NCBI RefSeq assembly: GCF_006345805.1
Contig: NC_043004.1
Location: 59,210,001-59,274,000, forward strand
From: Octopus sinensis
Taxonomy: Eukaryota
Direction of reading: 5' to 3'
Length of the DNA stretch: 64,000 nt
Part shown: piece by piece, positions 27,801-41,067 of the stretch
Layout: every line of letters begins with the position of its first letter
Numbering within the stretch: the stretch's first letter is position 1
Position numbers and translations under genes: made by a program
The notes under the pieces: model-generated
What the model was told of the DNA's origin: nothing
The model's input: the letters and a program-made list of their open reading frames with translations, nothing else
Databases searched by the model: none

Positions 27801-30011
27801 GACTTGCAAATGTCGGTGCAAGGTCAGCTATTTCGGGTGGTTTTGCTAGTCGATATTATCCAGTGCTTCACTGGTAGTATTCTTTTTCGAACTCGAAAGA
27901 ATGAAAGGCAAAGTTGCTCTCAGTGTTATTTGAATTGAAAACGTAAAGATGGAAGAATGTTTCTAATCATTTAGTCTAAAATGCTGACGATTCTACCTTT
28001 TCGCCTATTATAATGGCAATAATTTCTAACATGCTCAGTATTACAAGTTGGTAAGTGCAGAAGCTGGGATAATCGATTTAATTAACTCCGCTACAGGTCT
28101 TGACCTCGATGGGTTTTTAGTTCAGTTCGTAAAACTTTCATACAAATTTGGCAAGGTATTTTCCTCGATGCTCAATCGATTAAGTAAATCTACAGCCTTA
28201 GAAACAATTGCAGTAATGGCTAGTAACTTAAGTAGAGAGACACTCATTTTTAATGTACGGACAGCATTGAATTTATCGACCACGATTCATAATTGGTTCC
28301 TATATTATAACAAAATAACAAAATGCATATACAGAATTCGAACTCAGATGTACCAAATAGCATAGCTAAATGTTTTACACAGTCTTTTCAATGACACTAT
28401 AACGATTCTACAATCCATCGTCTTTGTTGAAACGAAAACATTGAATAAAATTTGTTCTTCTCCTCTATATTGTTACTAGCTTTCATGAATCTGAAATATT
28501 ATATTCGTCTGGCAATGATTCAAATAAGAATAATAGTAAAACCAAAACAAAAAATCTATAGAATTCAGCTATTAATACAACTTTTCCAACAGGAGATTGG
28601 ATAAAGTATTAGTCTTTGCAACGACAAGCAATTTCAGATTCTAATACTGCTAGACCGAAATCTTAGTGCAGACATTTTAACGAGATTTATTAGCAGACGT
28701 ATAAGAAGAAAATGAAAGTAAGCTAGAGGAAATTTAACAAGTTATTTTTACTAGTATTAGGTACTTAACTCAATGTGAGAGTCAATATAATTGATATAAA
28801 CGCACCAACTCCCTGTCACAAGTTAAAACTTCAAAGCAATAAACTGGAAATGAATTGAACAAAATGCATATATGAAAATAAAAATAAAATTATAACAGAA
28901 TTTTAAACATGTCATTCAAATTGTTTGATAATAGTAGAGTTGAATATATCAGCCATGCAATCAATGTAAAAGATGAATTGTCTAGATTGATTTCTATTGC
29001 AGCAGAATTATTACAAATGAACATTCCAGAGAAAGAATAAAAGGTATAATCGAAAGAGAAACACGAGAGAGGAAAAAATACTTTCCTTTTGTTTAAGTAT
29101 AAATCGTCAGATATAACGAGCGAGTTGAAAATGTACAAATATTTGATGACAAGAATGAAGAGGTGACACAGGAACACATTTCAACAAAAGATTATTACAG
29201 CAGATTATTACAACAGATTATTACAACAGGTCTGAATACAGGAGAGCTGAAGCAAATGACACAGAAGAGCAACAAAGCTTTATCATAGATAAGGTGGCGA
29301 AATATTTTTGTTGTGAATTTTACTTAGAACGACTGGGAAACTAACAGTGATGTATCAACAATGGTGTACAAATTCTAATGTAGAAGAAGAGAAGAATCAG
29401 AAATTCATTGTTTCTCGAGAAAGGAGTATAAATGTCTGTACGTACGAGTATAGGTAGGCACGTATATACATACATACTTACACACTCACACGCACAGATA
29501 TACATAGTTATATACATGAATATATGTGTGTAAATGTATACATACATTCATACATATATACATTCACACATACATACACACACATACATACACACAAATA
29601 TACATACACACACACATATATACACACATACAGACACACACGCACACACGCGCACGAACATATATATATATATATATGCATATATATACAAGTATCAAGG
29701 GAAAAGTGTATGCAGGAAATATTAAGTGAGAAGTAGTAAATATTGCACATCTCATTATATGTAAAGTTGTCATGTAAATCGTTGGTTTGTGTTATATATT
29801 TTCCCGTGAATGACTGAGTAGGTAGCAATATTTCCAGTAAGCCTCTGAACTGCAGCAAACACGGGTGAACATGTACATATGATAAGAACTGGAAGAAAAA
29901 TTCTCACTGCAAATCCCTAAACAACTCTGCTTTTGAGAATACTTGTGTAAACTGTTCTGCAGATCAATTAAAAACACTATGTAAATGTGTATAGCTTTTA
30001 TAATTTATATA

Positions 30012-30169
30012 AGGCGTAGGAGTGGCTGTGTGGTAAGTAGCTTGCTTACGAACCGCATGATTCCGGGTTCAGTCCTACTGCGTGAGGAAGTGTCTTCTAC
30101 TATAGCCTTGGGCCGACCAAAGCCTTGTGGGCGGATTTGGTAGACGGAAACTAGAAGAAGCCCGTCGTA

Positions 30170-30232
<63 letters not shown>

Positions 30233-30450
30233 ATATGTTGGTGTGTCTGTGTTTGTATCCCAATTTCGCTTGACAACCGATGCTAGTGTGTTTACGTCCC
30301 TGTAACAATAGCGGTTCGGCAAAAGAGACCGACAGAATAAGTACTAGGCTTACAAAGAATAAGTCCTGGGGTCGATTTGCTCGACTAAAGGCGGTACTCC
30401 AGCATGGCCTCAGTCAAATGACTGAAACAAGTAAAAGAGAGTAAAAGAGA
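30012..30450 (+). mobile_element. SINE family A
   Basis: Full copy. Confidence 0.85.
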
Positions 30451-30759
30451 GTATATAAACATAGAGTGGCAATAGATGTAATATTATGCTTCAGAAAAAC
30501 CGTCAAATTTCTCGCTCGGAATATCGCTAACAATATTGAGCGGGTTCGTGGGTTTCACTGCTGAAGTATCTTTGAGAAGATTTTCTAAGATACACTGTTA
30601 TAGTTAGTGCTAGGATACATCTATATGTACTTTGTGCGAATCACATTGGCCAAGTGTCTTCTGCTGTAGCCCTCGACCGACCAAAAGCATTATAAGTGGA
30701 TATAATCGGCAGAAATTGAAAGAAGCTCGTCGTACATACATCAAAGCACACACATAATG

Positions 30760-30972
30760 TTTTCAAACTTTTGGCACGACACCAACAATCGCAGGGGAAG
30801 GAGTAAGTCGACTACAAACAGCCCTTGTGCTCAACTGATAGTTATTTTATCGACCCCAAAAGGAGAAAAGACACAGTCATCCTCGGCGGAATTTGAGCTT
30901 AGAACATAAGACAGACGAGAAGCCACTAAACAGTTTACTCGACGGGCTAACGATTCAGTCAGCTCGCCGCCT
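30760..30972 (-). mobile_element. SINE family C, diverged
   Basis: Shared blocks ctcggcggaatttga and ccagctcgccgcct. Confidence 0.7.
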
Positions 30973-31133
30973 AGGACGCCTATATAACATATGTATGTAT
31001 GTGTGTCTGAGTAAGTGTATCGTATTTTTCATCATTTACATTATTTACATTTGACTGATACTTGTTATCATTATCATCATCATCATCATCGTCGTCGACG
31101 TCGTCGTCGTCATCATCATCATCATCATCATCA

Positions 31134-31169
<36 letters not shown>

Positions 31170-31170
<1 letters not shown>

Positions 31171-32436
31171 TTTTTTTTTTCTTCTTTCAAATTTGCTTCC
31201 ATTTCTTGCCGAGTGTCTTCCCGACTCCTAGGGCAAAGAAACTCATAGTAGACATTGGTAGGCCATTAAACCAAACTCAATAGTTCGTTCATTTTTTTAT
31301 TTTTTTAAGTTAAATTAAAATACATGAGCAGCAACAGTTCTCACATACGTGTGATGTACCAGTTAAGACAATCTTTTGCACTTCTTGCAGGGATGGTAAG
31401 CCAGGGATCATTCTCATATAATTTATGGTTCCCTTCTTGATCATTCCTAGTGCTCCTACGATCACTGGTATTGTAACCGCCTTGAGATGCCACATTTTCT
31501 CAATTTCAATGAGTAGGTCTTTACATTTTCTGAGCTTGTCAAACTCTTTCGCTGAGATATTATGATCACAGGGGATGCTCATGTCGATCAATAAGCAAAC
31601 TTTATTGTTTTGGTCTTTCACAACAATATCTGGTTTATTGGCCTTGATGGTTCAGTCTGTATGTACTGGAAAGTCCCACAGAATGGTTACATTTTCTCCT
31701 TCAGTTACAGTCTCAGGGTGGTGATTATACCACTTGTCGGCAGTTTTGATATTGTAATGCCGACTTATTAGCCAGTGGAGATATTGGCCAACTCTGTCAT
31801 GTCTTAATTTATACTCCACTGGTGCTAAGACTTTATATCCAGAGATTAGGTGGTCCACTGTTTCAATCATGTCGTTGCAGAATCGGCATTTTGGGTCCGC
31901 TCCATTTTTCATCACATTGGCCTGGTAGTTCCGGGTTAATGGGCTTTGATCTTGAGCAGCCAGGATGAAACCTTCGCTCTCTGCTTTTAGCCCTGAGCTC
32001 CGTAGCCACTGATGGGTTTGCTTCTGGTCATCATCATTATTATTATTATTATTAATATTATTATTATTACTTTTTTTTTCTTCTTTCAAATTTGCTTCCA
32101 TTTCTTGCCGAGTGTCTTCCCGACTCCTAGGGCAAAGAAACTCATAGTATACATTGGTAGGCCATTAAACCAAACTCAATAGTTCGTTCATTTTTTTATT
32201 TTTTTAAATTAAATTAAAATACATGAGCAGCAACAGTTCTCACATACGTGTTTGCTGCGGGTCACATATTTACCGTGCAGAGGTTTCTCCTCCCACCTAT
32301 CAGCCAATTGCTCGTGCGCTTTTTTCATTGCCATCATTTTCACCTTCTTTGCAACAATAGTTGCCGTACTTCCCTCGGATTGTTCAGTTTGGGTATCCTG
32401 CACGAGATCAATAGCAAATTTTTTGCTTTCCTTTAT

Positions 32437-32440
<4 letters not shown>
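31170..32440 (-). mobile_element. Second R4/Dong-like family, 3' region, rearranged with a duplicated 3' tail
   Basis: RWEEKPLHGKY; QWLRSSGLKAESEG; CRFCNDMIETVDHLISG; ILWDFPVHTD; LLIDMSIP; VIVGALGMI; 182-bp tail at 31170-31352 and 32070-32251. Confidence 0.85.
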
Positions 32441-32468
<28 letters not shown>

Positions 32469-32471
<3 letters not shown>

Positions 32472-32581
32472 TAGTTTTATTTTTATAGCGAGCTTTCACT
32501 TCACTACCGAGTGCAGCTCAGTGTGCCTTGGGTATGTGCTGTGATTTGCTGTGATGCTCTGATGGTTATTGTATGGAAAGT
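32469..32581 (-). mobile_element. Young Dong-like family, 3' UTR-only insertion in (TAA)n
   Basis: Reverse complement of the 35660-35767 end. Confidence 0.85.
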
Positions 32582-32582
32582 A

Positions 32583-32664
<82 letters not shown>

Positions 32665-32685
32665 ATTATTATATTATTATTATTA

Positions 32686-32726
<41 letters not shown>

Positions 32727-32732
<6 letters not shown>

Positions 32733-32785
32733 TCATTGCCTGGAATCGAACTCGGAATCTTGAGGTGAGTAGCCCGCGCTCTTAA
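32727..32785 (-). mobile_element. Short tRNA-like SINE (family D) with (TAA)n tail
   Basis: gagcgcgggctact..cc..gattccgagttcgattccaggca.tgacctgaa; B box gttcgattcc. Confidence 0.65.
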
Positions 32786-32869
32786 GAGGAAAGTAGGATG
32801 TTGCATTGACGACGACGACAACGAGTATGATGATGATGATTTAATTCATTGCTGTTTAATGTGCGTTAA

Positions 32870-32935
32870 TAGTGGTTAAAGAGCGCGGGCTACTAACTCC
32901 TAGAATCCGAGTTCGATTCTAGGCAGTGACCTGAA
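32870..32935 (+). mobile_element. Short tRNA-like SINE (family D) with (TAA)n tail
   Basis: tagtggttaaagagcgcgggctactaactcc...gagttcgattctaggcagtgacctgaa. Confidence 0.65.
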
Positions 32936-32937
32936 TG

Positions 32938-33002
<65 letters not shown>

Positions 33003-35764
33003 CAGCAAACAAGCAACGCTACTGAGCAACAAAAAGAGAACAAAAATGCTCCGCAAATATAACATCACAGAAAAAGATTTGCCGGAGATAAAAGAAAAGC
33101 TGAAGCAAGATATCCTTGCCAAAGCTCAAAGGATCCGCCGGTACGAGAAACGCCAACGCTTCTTTGAACAGAACAAAAAGTTCAACTCCGACTCCAAAAA
33201 GTTCTACCAAGAACTGGGCAAAAATAAAAATAGAAGTCACTGCAGCACCAACGGCAGAAGAATTGGAAGAATTCTGGAGAGAAATATGGTCGGCGAACGA
33301 ACAGCCAAAAGAAAGGAGTATGAAAATAACAAACTCGGCATCTGAACAACTTTGGACCCCCATAACAACTGAAGAGGTCACCCAGGCACTGCAAAAACTA
33401 AGCAACTGGAAGGCACCTGGGCATGACAAGATCCCCAACTTATGGTTGAAATATCTAACAGGAATGCACAAAAAGCTGGCTGAAAACTTTAACAGCATAC
33501 TAGCAGAGCCAGAGACAATGCCTGAATGGCTCACGAAGGGGAAAACCATCTTAATTCCCAAATCAAATGAAACAACAAAACCAGAAAACTACAGACCAAT
33601 AACCTGCCTCCCTACTATGTTCAAGGCATTTACTGCAGTGATATCGCAAAGGCTGAACAAGCACCTGGACGAAAACAAACTGTTCCCAGAAGAGCAGAAA
33701 GGATGCCGCAAAGGCTCATATGGCTGTAAAGATCAACTAATGATTAATAAAGCCGTAACTGAAGACAGCCACAGAAAGAAGAAAGGCCTCAGTATGGCCT
33801 GGATTGACTACAAAAAGGCGTTTGATAGCATCCCCCACACATGGATCCTCGAAACACTAGCCATTAACAAAGTAGCACCAACAATCATAAAATTCATAGA
33901 GCACTCTATGAATAAATGGCAAACAGTCCTACACCTCCAAACAAAAGAGGGACTCATGAAAACCAAAGACATCCCCATTAGAAGAGGAATATTCCAGGGA
34001 GACACGCTCTCTCCACTCCTTTTCTGCTTGGCACTGTCACCTCTATCTGATATGCTAAATAGAACTGGATGCGGATATAAATGTTACGGCAAAACGATCA
34101 GCCACCTTTTATATATGGATGACCTAAAACTATACGCTGCAAATGACAAACAGCTGGAAACACTATTAAAGACAGTTCATGGATTTACCAAAGAAATAGA
34201 TATGAAATTTGGATTAGAAAAATGCGCCAAAGTAACCATGAAAAGAGGAAAACTAGTTAAGAGTAACAACATCACACTAGATAAAACCAATGAAATAAAA
34301 GAATTAGACCAAAGCCAAACTTACAAATACTTAGGAATCCATGAACTAGATAAGACACAACACACACAAATGAAAGAGAAAATAAAAAAGAATATTATAG
34401 ACGAGTTAGATCAATACTAAAAACAGAGCTCAATGCTAAAAACAAGATAATATGTATCAACACTTTAGCTGTCCCAGTTATAAGTTACAGCTACAATATC
34501 CTTAACTGGACACGAAATGAACTGTCTAAAATAGATCGGAAAACAAGAAAAATACTGACAGGATCTAGGATGCATCACCCAAAATCTGACATAGAAAGAC
34601 TATATATACAACGTATAGAAGGTGGTAGAGGCCTTATACAGCTGGAAAACTACTATAAAATAACCACCATAGGACTGCAAAAATACCTACTTCCGAAGGA
34701 AGGAAAACTGATCCAGATAGCAGCAAAACACGAGCAAAACAAAAAACTGTTCTCAGTATTTAAGGAAGCTGATAAATACAAACAAGAAATCATACCACCA
34801 AATAAACATGAAGAAGAAGAAGAAGATAAAGAAACAACAAAAGCTATAAAAAAATGAAATCCAAACTAAAACTAGAACAGCAACGAGCCATGATAAAACG
34901 ATGGCAAGAAAAGCCCCTTCATGGTAAATACTGCACTAAACTAAACGCAAAAGAAATAGACAAAGAAAAATCCCAGCAATGGTTGAGAAGCTCAGGACTC
35001 AAAGCAGAAACAGAGGGATTTTTAATTGCAGCACAAGACCAAAGCCTCCCCACCAGAAATTACCAAACACATGTAATGAAAAGAAATATTACAAGTAACT
35101 GCAGAATATGTGGAGATGGACAAGAAACAATAAATCATATTATCTCTAGCTGCCCAGTCCTGGCTAAGAAGGAATATATTCACAGACATGACAGAGTTGG
35201 AACCTACATACATTGGAAGCTATGCCAACATTATGGAATAACAACAGAAAAAAGATGGTATAGGCACACACCAGAAAAGGTCACAGAAAACGAGAAAGCA
35301 ACCATACTCTGGGATATGCCGATACACACAGATAGAGAAATTAAGGCCAACAGACCAGATATTGTTGTCAGAGATCATGAAGAAAAAAAATGCTTTCTAA
35401 TTGATGTATCAATACCGGCAGATGACAACGTGTCTCTAAAAGAAATGGAGAAACTCTCAAAATACAAAGACCTGGAAATAGAGGTAACTAGAATGTGGAA
35501 CCTGAAAACAGAAACAATTCCTATCATAGTAGGTGCATTAGGCATGATAAAAAAAATATTCAGACAAATACATAACAAAAACACCAGGACTTACAAACAC
35601 ATATAACATACAGAAAATTGCACTACTAGGCACTGCACACATCCTACGCAGAACACTTTCCATACAATAACCATCAGAGCATCACAACAAATTACAGCAC
35701 ATACCCAAGGCACACAGAGCTGCGCTCGGTAGTGAAGTGAAAGCACGCTATAAAAATAAAACTA

Positions 35765-35767
<3 letters not shown>
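33003..35767 (+). mobile_element. R4/Dong-type non-LTR retrotransposon, 5'-truncated, in (TAA)n
   Basis: RT motifs NYRPITCLP, EEQKGC, WIDYKKAFDSIPH, FQGDTLSPLLF, YMDDLKLY; CCHC; RPDIVV..DVSIP; near-identical to 8854-10632; frameshifts lie in A runs. Confidence 0.95.
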
Positions 35768-35827
<60 letters not shown>

Positions 35828-35828
35828 T

Positions 35829-35892
<64 letters not shown>

Positions 35893-35910
35893 TTAATAAT
35901 AATAATAATA

Positions 35911-36095
35911 ACATCGAAAAATATCTTAGGGATGAGAACCGAGGTTCGAAATTTCCCCAAGGCACCTGATGAAGGCTGGAGGATATATCAGCCGAAACGT
36001 TGTGTGAACAACAAACAAGATGAAGACAAATATCCCTCGAATGTAAATAAAGTAAACAACGTACATAATTCCTCATCTCTTAAATATAGAACTGT
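35911..36095 (+). mobile_element. Penelope-like 3'/pLTR fragment (family H3) following (TAA)n
   Basis: Carries a minimal hammerhead; second copy at 51821-51985. Confidence 0.65.
35962..36005 (+). ncRNA. Minimal type I hammerhead motif (family H3)
   Basis: gcac-CTGATGA-a-ggctgg(aggatata)tcagcc-GAAA-cg-TT-gtgt; stem III reduced to palindrome ACGT. Confidence 0.75.
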
Positions 36096-36631
36096 ATTTT
36101 CTTTGTCATTGACATTGTGCAATGGCTGTATATATGTTCGTGACTGTCATACAAGAAGTATCATTCCTTTCAAATATTCTTCAAGAACATTTCTGTGCAA
36201 GAAGAAAATTATTTCCTTTGCTTGGAAACAAGTGAATGTTGGCGAAAGGAAAGGTATGCGCCAATACAAAATCCGCCCGACCCTTGGAAACCTGAAAAAT
36301 TGGATGTTAAACTGATGACGACGATGACGACGATGACGATGACGACGATTGTGATGATGATGATGATTTAATTCATTGCTGTTTAATGTGCGCTTATTGA
36401 TTTAGTTTACATACCTCACAATAATATTACAATCTTAAAAATAAATCTTCACAAAAGTTTTAAAGAGTGCAATAAGAATGATATATGTTACAGTGAGAAT
36501 ATTACAGAAATAAATTAAACGAGTATTTTCTTATATTCTTTCTATTCTCTGTTCCTGTTTATGTGGAACGAGCTAGATTAGCTGAATAATTCGAGTAGTA
36601 AACAAAATACCTCGTCACGTTTACTTATGTA

Positions 36632-37824
36632 TTGGGTTGTCCGGAAAGTTCGTGCCATTTTATAGTAGCTTACTTTTCGACTTATTTTAGAACATGGCTG
36701 AGTCCATAAAATAGGATTTGACAACACCGCCATTTAGAGCACAGTTTAAGCTATCTTTTCGCCGAAGAAGGTTTATGTTCCTATAACCTGCGTTAATTCT
36801 GTAACCCTTTAAAATGGAAGATAAGAAGGTTCATTTTCGGCACTTGATGCTTTTCTTTTTCCATTAAGGGCAAAAGCCTCACAATTAACCATTGTTGCCT
36901 TATTGATAAAGAGCGATCAGGCAGACCATCCACTACAGATGATGACCAAATCAAATCATTAATTGAGAATAACCCACATTGCACAACCCCAGAATTGGCA
37001 TAAAGCCTCAACCTATCAAAATGCGTTGTTCATGAGCACCTGGTAAAGCTTGAGTACACAAATCGCTACGATGTTTGGGTACCACATGAGTTGAGTGAGA
37101 AAAAAAATTTTGCATCACATTTCAATCTGTGATTCACTTTATAAAAGGAATGAAAACGCGCCATTTTTAAGGCAAATTGTGGCTAGTGATGAGAAATGGA
37201 TTATCCACCGATATGTCCAGAGAAAGCGGTCCTAGAGTAAGCGACATGAGCCAACCTTAGCCACCCCAAAAGCAGGTCTTCACTCTAAAAAAGTCTTGTT
37301 TTGTGTCTGGTGGGATTGGAAAGGGATTCTGTACTATGAGCTTCTCCCAAGTAACCAGGCAATTAATTCTGAGAAATACTGCACACAACTGGACGAGTTA
37401 AAAGCAGCAATTCAAGGGAAACGTTCAGAATTGGCCAACAAGAAGGGTGTTGTTTTCCAACATGATAATGCAAGACCGCACGTTTCTTTGGGAACCAGAC
37501 AAAAATTGCTGCAGCTCGGCTGGGATGTGTTACACCACCCTCCATATTCACAAATTATCGTTCCTTCGGATTCCCACTTATTCAGGTCTCTGTAGAATAG
37601 TCTTAATGGTAGACATTTCAATTCCTTGGATGACGTAAAAAGATGCCTTGATGAATTCTTTGCCATGAAACCACCTCAATTCTGAGAAGAGGGTATTTTC
37701 AAGTAAAAGAAATGATGGAGACGTATTGTGCAACAAAATGTTTTTATATTTGGTTGATTAAAAATATAATGACAAGTATTTATTGATCCTTTAAAAATCG
37801 GCATGAACTTTCCGGACAAACCAA
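36632..37824 (+). mobile_element. mariner transposon with TIRs and TA target duplication, decayed and internally deleted
   Basis: TA-ttgggttgtccggaaagttcgtgcc ... ggcatgaactttccggacaaaccaa-TA; [25 protein letters not shown] motifs. Confidence 0.9.
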
Positions 37825-37860
37825 TACTTTGTTAGAGATGCTGACGTACTTTTTTTTTTC

Positions 37861-38288
37861 TTTTCTACACTAAACACACGGCCTGAAATTTTGGGGGAGG
37901 GGGCCAGTCGTTTGGTACGCAACTGTTATTTAAAAAGGTATCTTCTTACGTCATCCAAGGATGGAAAACAAAGTCGACCTTGGTGGAATTTGAACTCAGA
38001 ACGTAAAGACAGAGGAAATACCACCAAGTATTTCACCCGTCGGGATAACGTTTCTTATTTCTTTATTATCCACAAGGGGCTAAACATAGAGAAGACAAAC
38101 AAGGACTGACAAAGGGATTAAGTCGATTACATCGACCCCAGTGCGTTACTGGTACTTAATTTATCGACCCCGAAAGGATGAAAGGCAAAGACGACCTCGG
38201 CGGATTTTGAACTCAGAACGTAATGGCAGACGAAATACCGCTAAGTGTTTTGCCCGGCGTGCTAACGTTTCTGCCAGCTCACCGCTTT
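37861..38288 (-). mobile_element. SINE family C, tandem pair
   Basis: Two consecutive gtcgacct.gg.ggaatttgaactcagaacgt blocks. Confidence 0.8.
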
Positions 38289-38493
38289 GATAGATACTGA
38301 CATACTGCGTATTTAAGAAATTTTCTTTTAAATTATCTGTCATATTGGGTAAATGTTTTCCATTTTTCTCTTTGACGAAAGGCTTATGAAATAAATTTGG
38401 TTGAATGAACCGCGGGGAAGCTTGGTATTCATGGGTAGCTCACTTATCAATGTATCGTCCACTAGTTTAACAGCCACGTGGTTCTAGCACATT

Positions 38494-38893
38494 TCTTTTA
38501 CTTTCTTTTACTTGTTACAGTCATGTGACTGTGGTCATACTGGAGCACCGCATTTAGTCGAGCAAAGCGACCCCAGGACTTATTCTTTGTAAGCCTAGTA
38601 CTTATTCTATCGGTCTCTTTTGCCGAACGGCTAATGTTACGGGGACGTAAACACACTAGCATCAGTTGTCAAGCGATATTGGGGGACAAAAACAGACACA
38701 CAAACATATACAAACGCATACATATATACATATATACGACGGGCTTCTTTCAGTTTCCGTCTACCAAATCCACTCACAAGGCTTTTGTCTGCCCGAGGCT
38801 ATAGTAGGAGACACTTGCCCAAGGTACCACACAGTGGAACTGAACCCGGAACCATGTAGTTCGTAAGCAAGCTACTTACCACACAGCCACTCC
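38494..38893 (-). mobile_element. SINE family A
   Basis: Full reverse copy; a more decayed copy follows at about 38968-39285. Confidence 0.8.
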
Positions 38894-40117
38894 CAATATT
38901 TTGCAAGCATTTGTTCTTATAGTAATTTCTATGTTTCTAGTTAAGTCATCGTTCAGTTTTCTGTTATTTTCTTTTACTTGTTTTAGTCATTAGACTGCGG
39001 CCATGCTAGGGCATTGTTCTGAAATGTTTTAGTCAAACAAATCGACCCCGATACATATTTTCTATTTTAATGCGTGGTACTTATGCCATCCTTCACTTAT
39101 GCCGAACCGCTTGGATATCCGGTTGTCAATCTGTAGGGAATGTCAAAAACAGACTCAAAAACACAAACAGATAAACGATGGTACTCCACCCAGATTCCAT
39201 CTACCGAAGTGTCATGTACTGGAACTGAACCCCAAACCAGGATGTTGCGAAACAACCTTCTGTTCGACGCAGATGTGACTGCTCTTATATGAAGGAAATA
39301 TAAGAATTCCACCGTTGACGTATTTAGATTCTACCAGTATTTATTAAAAACCAGTAATATACCGAGCTCCATTTAATGATCGACTATGCTCCTACCTTAA
39401 ATATCAAATCAGGTTTCAATGTTAGAAAGCAATATTTATACAAATAACTATATTATTTGTACAATAGCCTTGTACAATCGAAATTGAATGATAATGTAAA
39501 GTAAAGTAAAAAAAAAAAATAGTCATCTCTAATTAATCTTAGCAAATTGATTGATTATACAAATAAAACTTAATTACGTCAGAAGGAAAACGTTGACGAA
39601 ACCTTAACTTTTAAAACGTTTCTATTCTGGAATCACATGTTGCAAGTATAAAGAAAATAATTAAAACTGCATTTGTATAAAATATTCTTAAAGAACACAA
39701 GACCACAAAATAACCGAGTAAAATATTCACAAATTTGTGAATATAAATAACCAGGAATTGACAAAAAATAGAACTTCTAGAAAACAAAAGAAACATCTCG
39801 AAACATCAGCGATGTTTTCACACTTTTCTATATTTTACAAAAGCGATGATCTTTTTAATGTGTGATATTTGTAAGCTACTCAAAAAAATATCAGTAACAC
39901 GCATGCAGACACTGACATACACATGAACATACACAAATACAAGGAAAACGCATACACACAAACATGTTATGATGATACTGGGCTTCGTATTGATGATTGG
40001 GAGATAACAGATAAATGCCTATTTTTTATTAAATTTCAAAACGCTTAGAATACGTTCTGCAATAATGTTTTCTTCGAACAGTTAGGTAATAACTTTTCAG
40101 ATCTTCCTCTCAGTTCT

Positions 40118-40225
40118 CTTAAATACCCTTAACCTCAAATTCCTTTAACCTTCAATTCCCTTAATTTCCAATTCCCTTAATCCCAAATTCTCTTAATCTC
40201 CAATTACTTTAAACTTCAATTCCAC
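40118..40225. repeat. ~15-bp-unit minisatellite (caattcccttaatc.c-like)
   Basis: About 7 imperfect units seen directly. Confidence 0.7.
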
Positions 40226-41067
40226 TGAACATTCAATCTATCATACAAAACGCTTACATAGTCTTCTCTCTTGTCAGGTAGTTATAGACGGCCAAGTCAT
40301 TATATTTGGACATGACTGATACAAATTGATAACATTACCACCGAAGCCATTTGTACTTCCGATCCACCTTGCAAAGTATTGCAGGAGGTGTCACATTTAT
40401 TGGAGAGATCTGTGGCTACACAGCCGAGGTTAATTGCCAACCACTTAGCCACGTATATTATACAACGATTAGAAGAACACTAAGTGATTGAAGCAAATAT
40501 TTTCCAAATAGAAGATATACATACATATTATATTCATAAATCTCTTAAGCATAATTTGATTCGTTATCAATATTTATTAAAAAGAGATTCATGAATATAA
40601 TATGTCCATTATTACTTACCAGACGAAAGTAATAAGCATTTAATTGTTAAATGCATAATGGAACTTAGAGTTTACCAAAATACACTATTACTGAAATATG
40701 TCTATAGTTCCAATTCTTGCATACAAAGGAAGATGGTCGATTTTCCCCAAGAAGTCAAGATTAATTCTTGAAGTTGTCTCCCTTATCATTAAGGATTACT
40801 CAATAAGAACTCTATCTCACAATCCGGAGTTTTGCTCAACCCGGCAGGTTTACAATTATATCAGTGAATGTTTAATTCACTGTTTCCTATTTAACGGAGC
40901 GATAGCTTGCGTGACATGTGGCAAGCGAGCACGTGATTGACAATGTCCATTAACATCGAAAGTTATTTGGCATTCCAAGTTCAGTCCCACTGCATGGTAT
41001 CCTTGGGAGACGATTTCGTTGACAGAAACTGAGAGAAACCCACCATATTCAATAATAATTCTGTATG

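Noticed and set aside
38365-38400. Hammerhead variant ttgacga-aaggcttat-gaaa
   Set aside because: No stem II or stem I pairing could be drawn.
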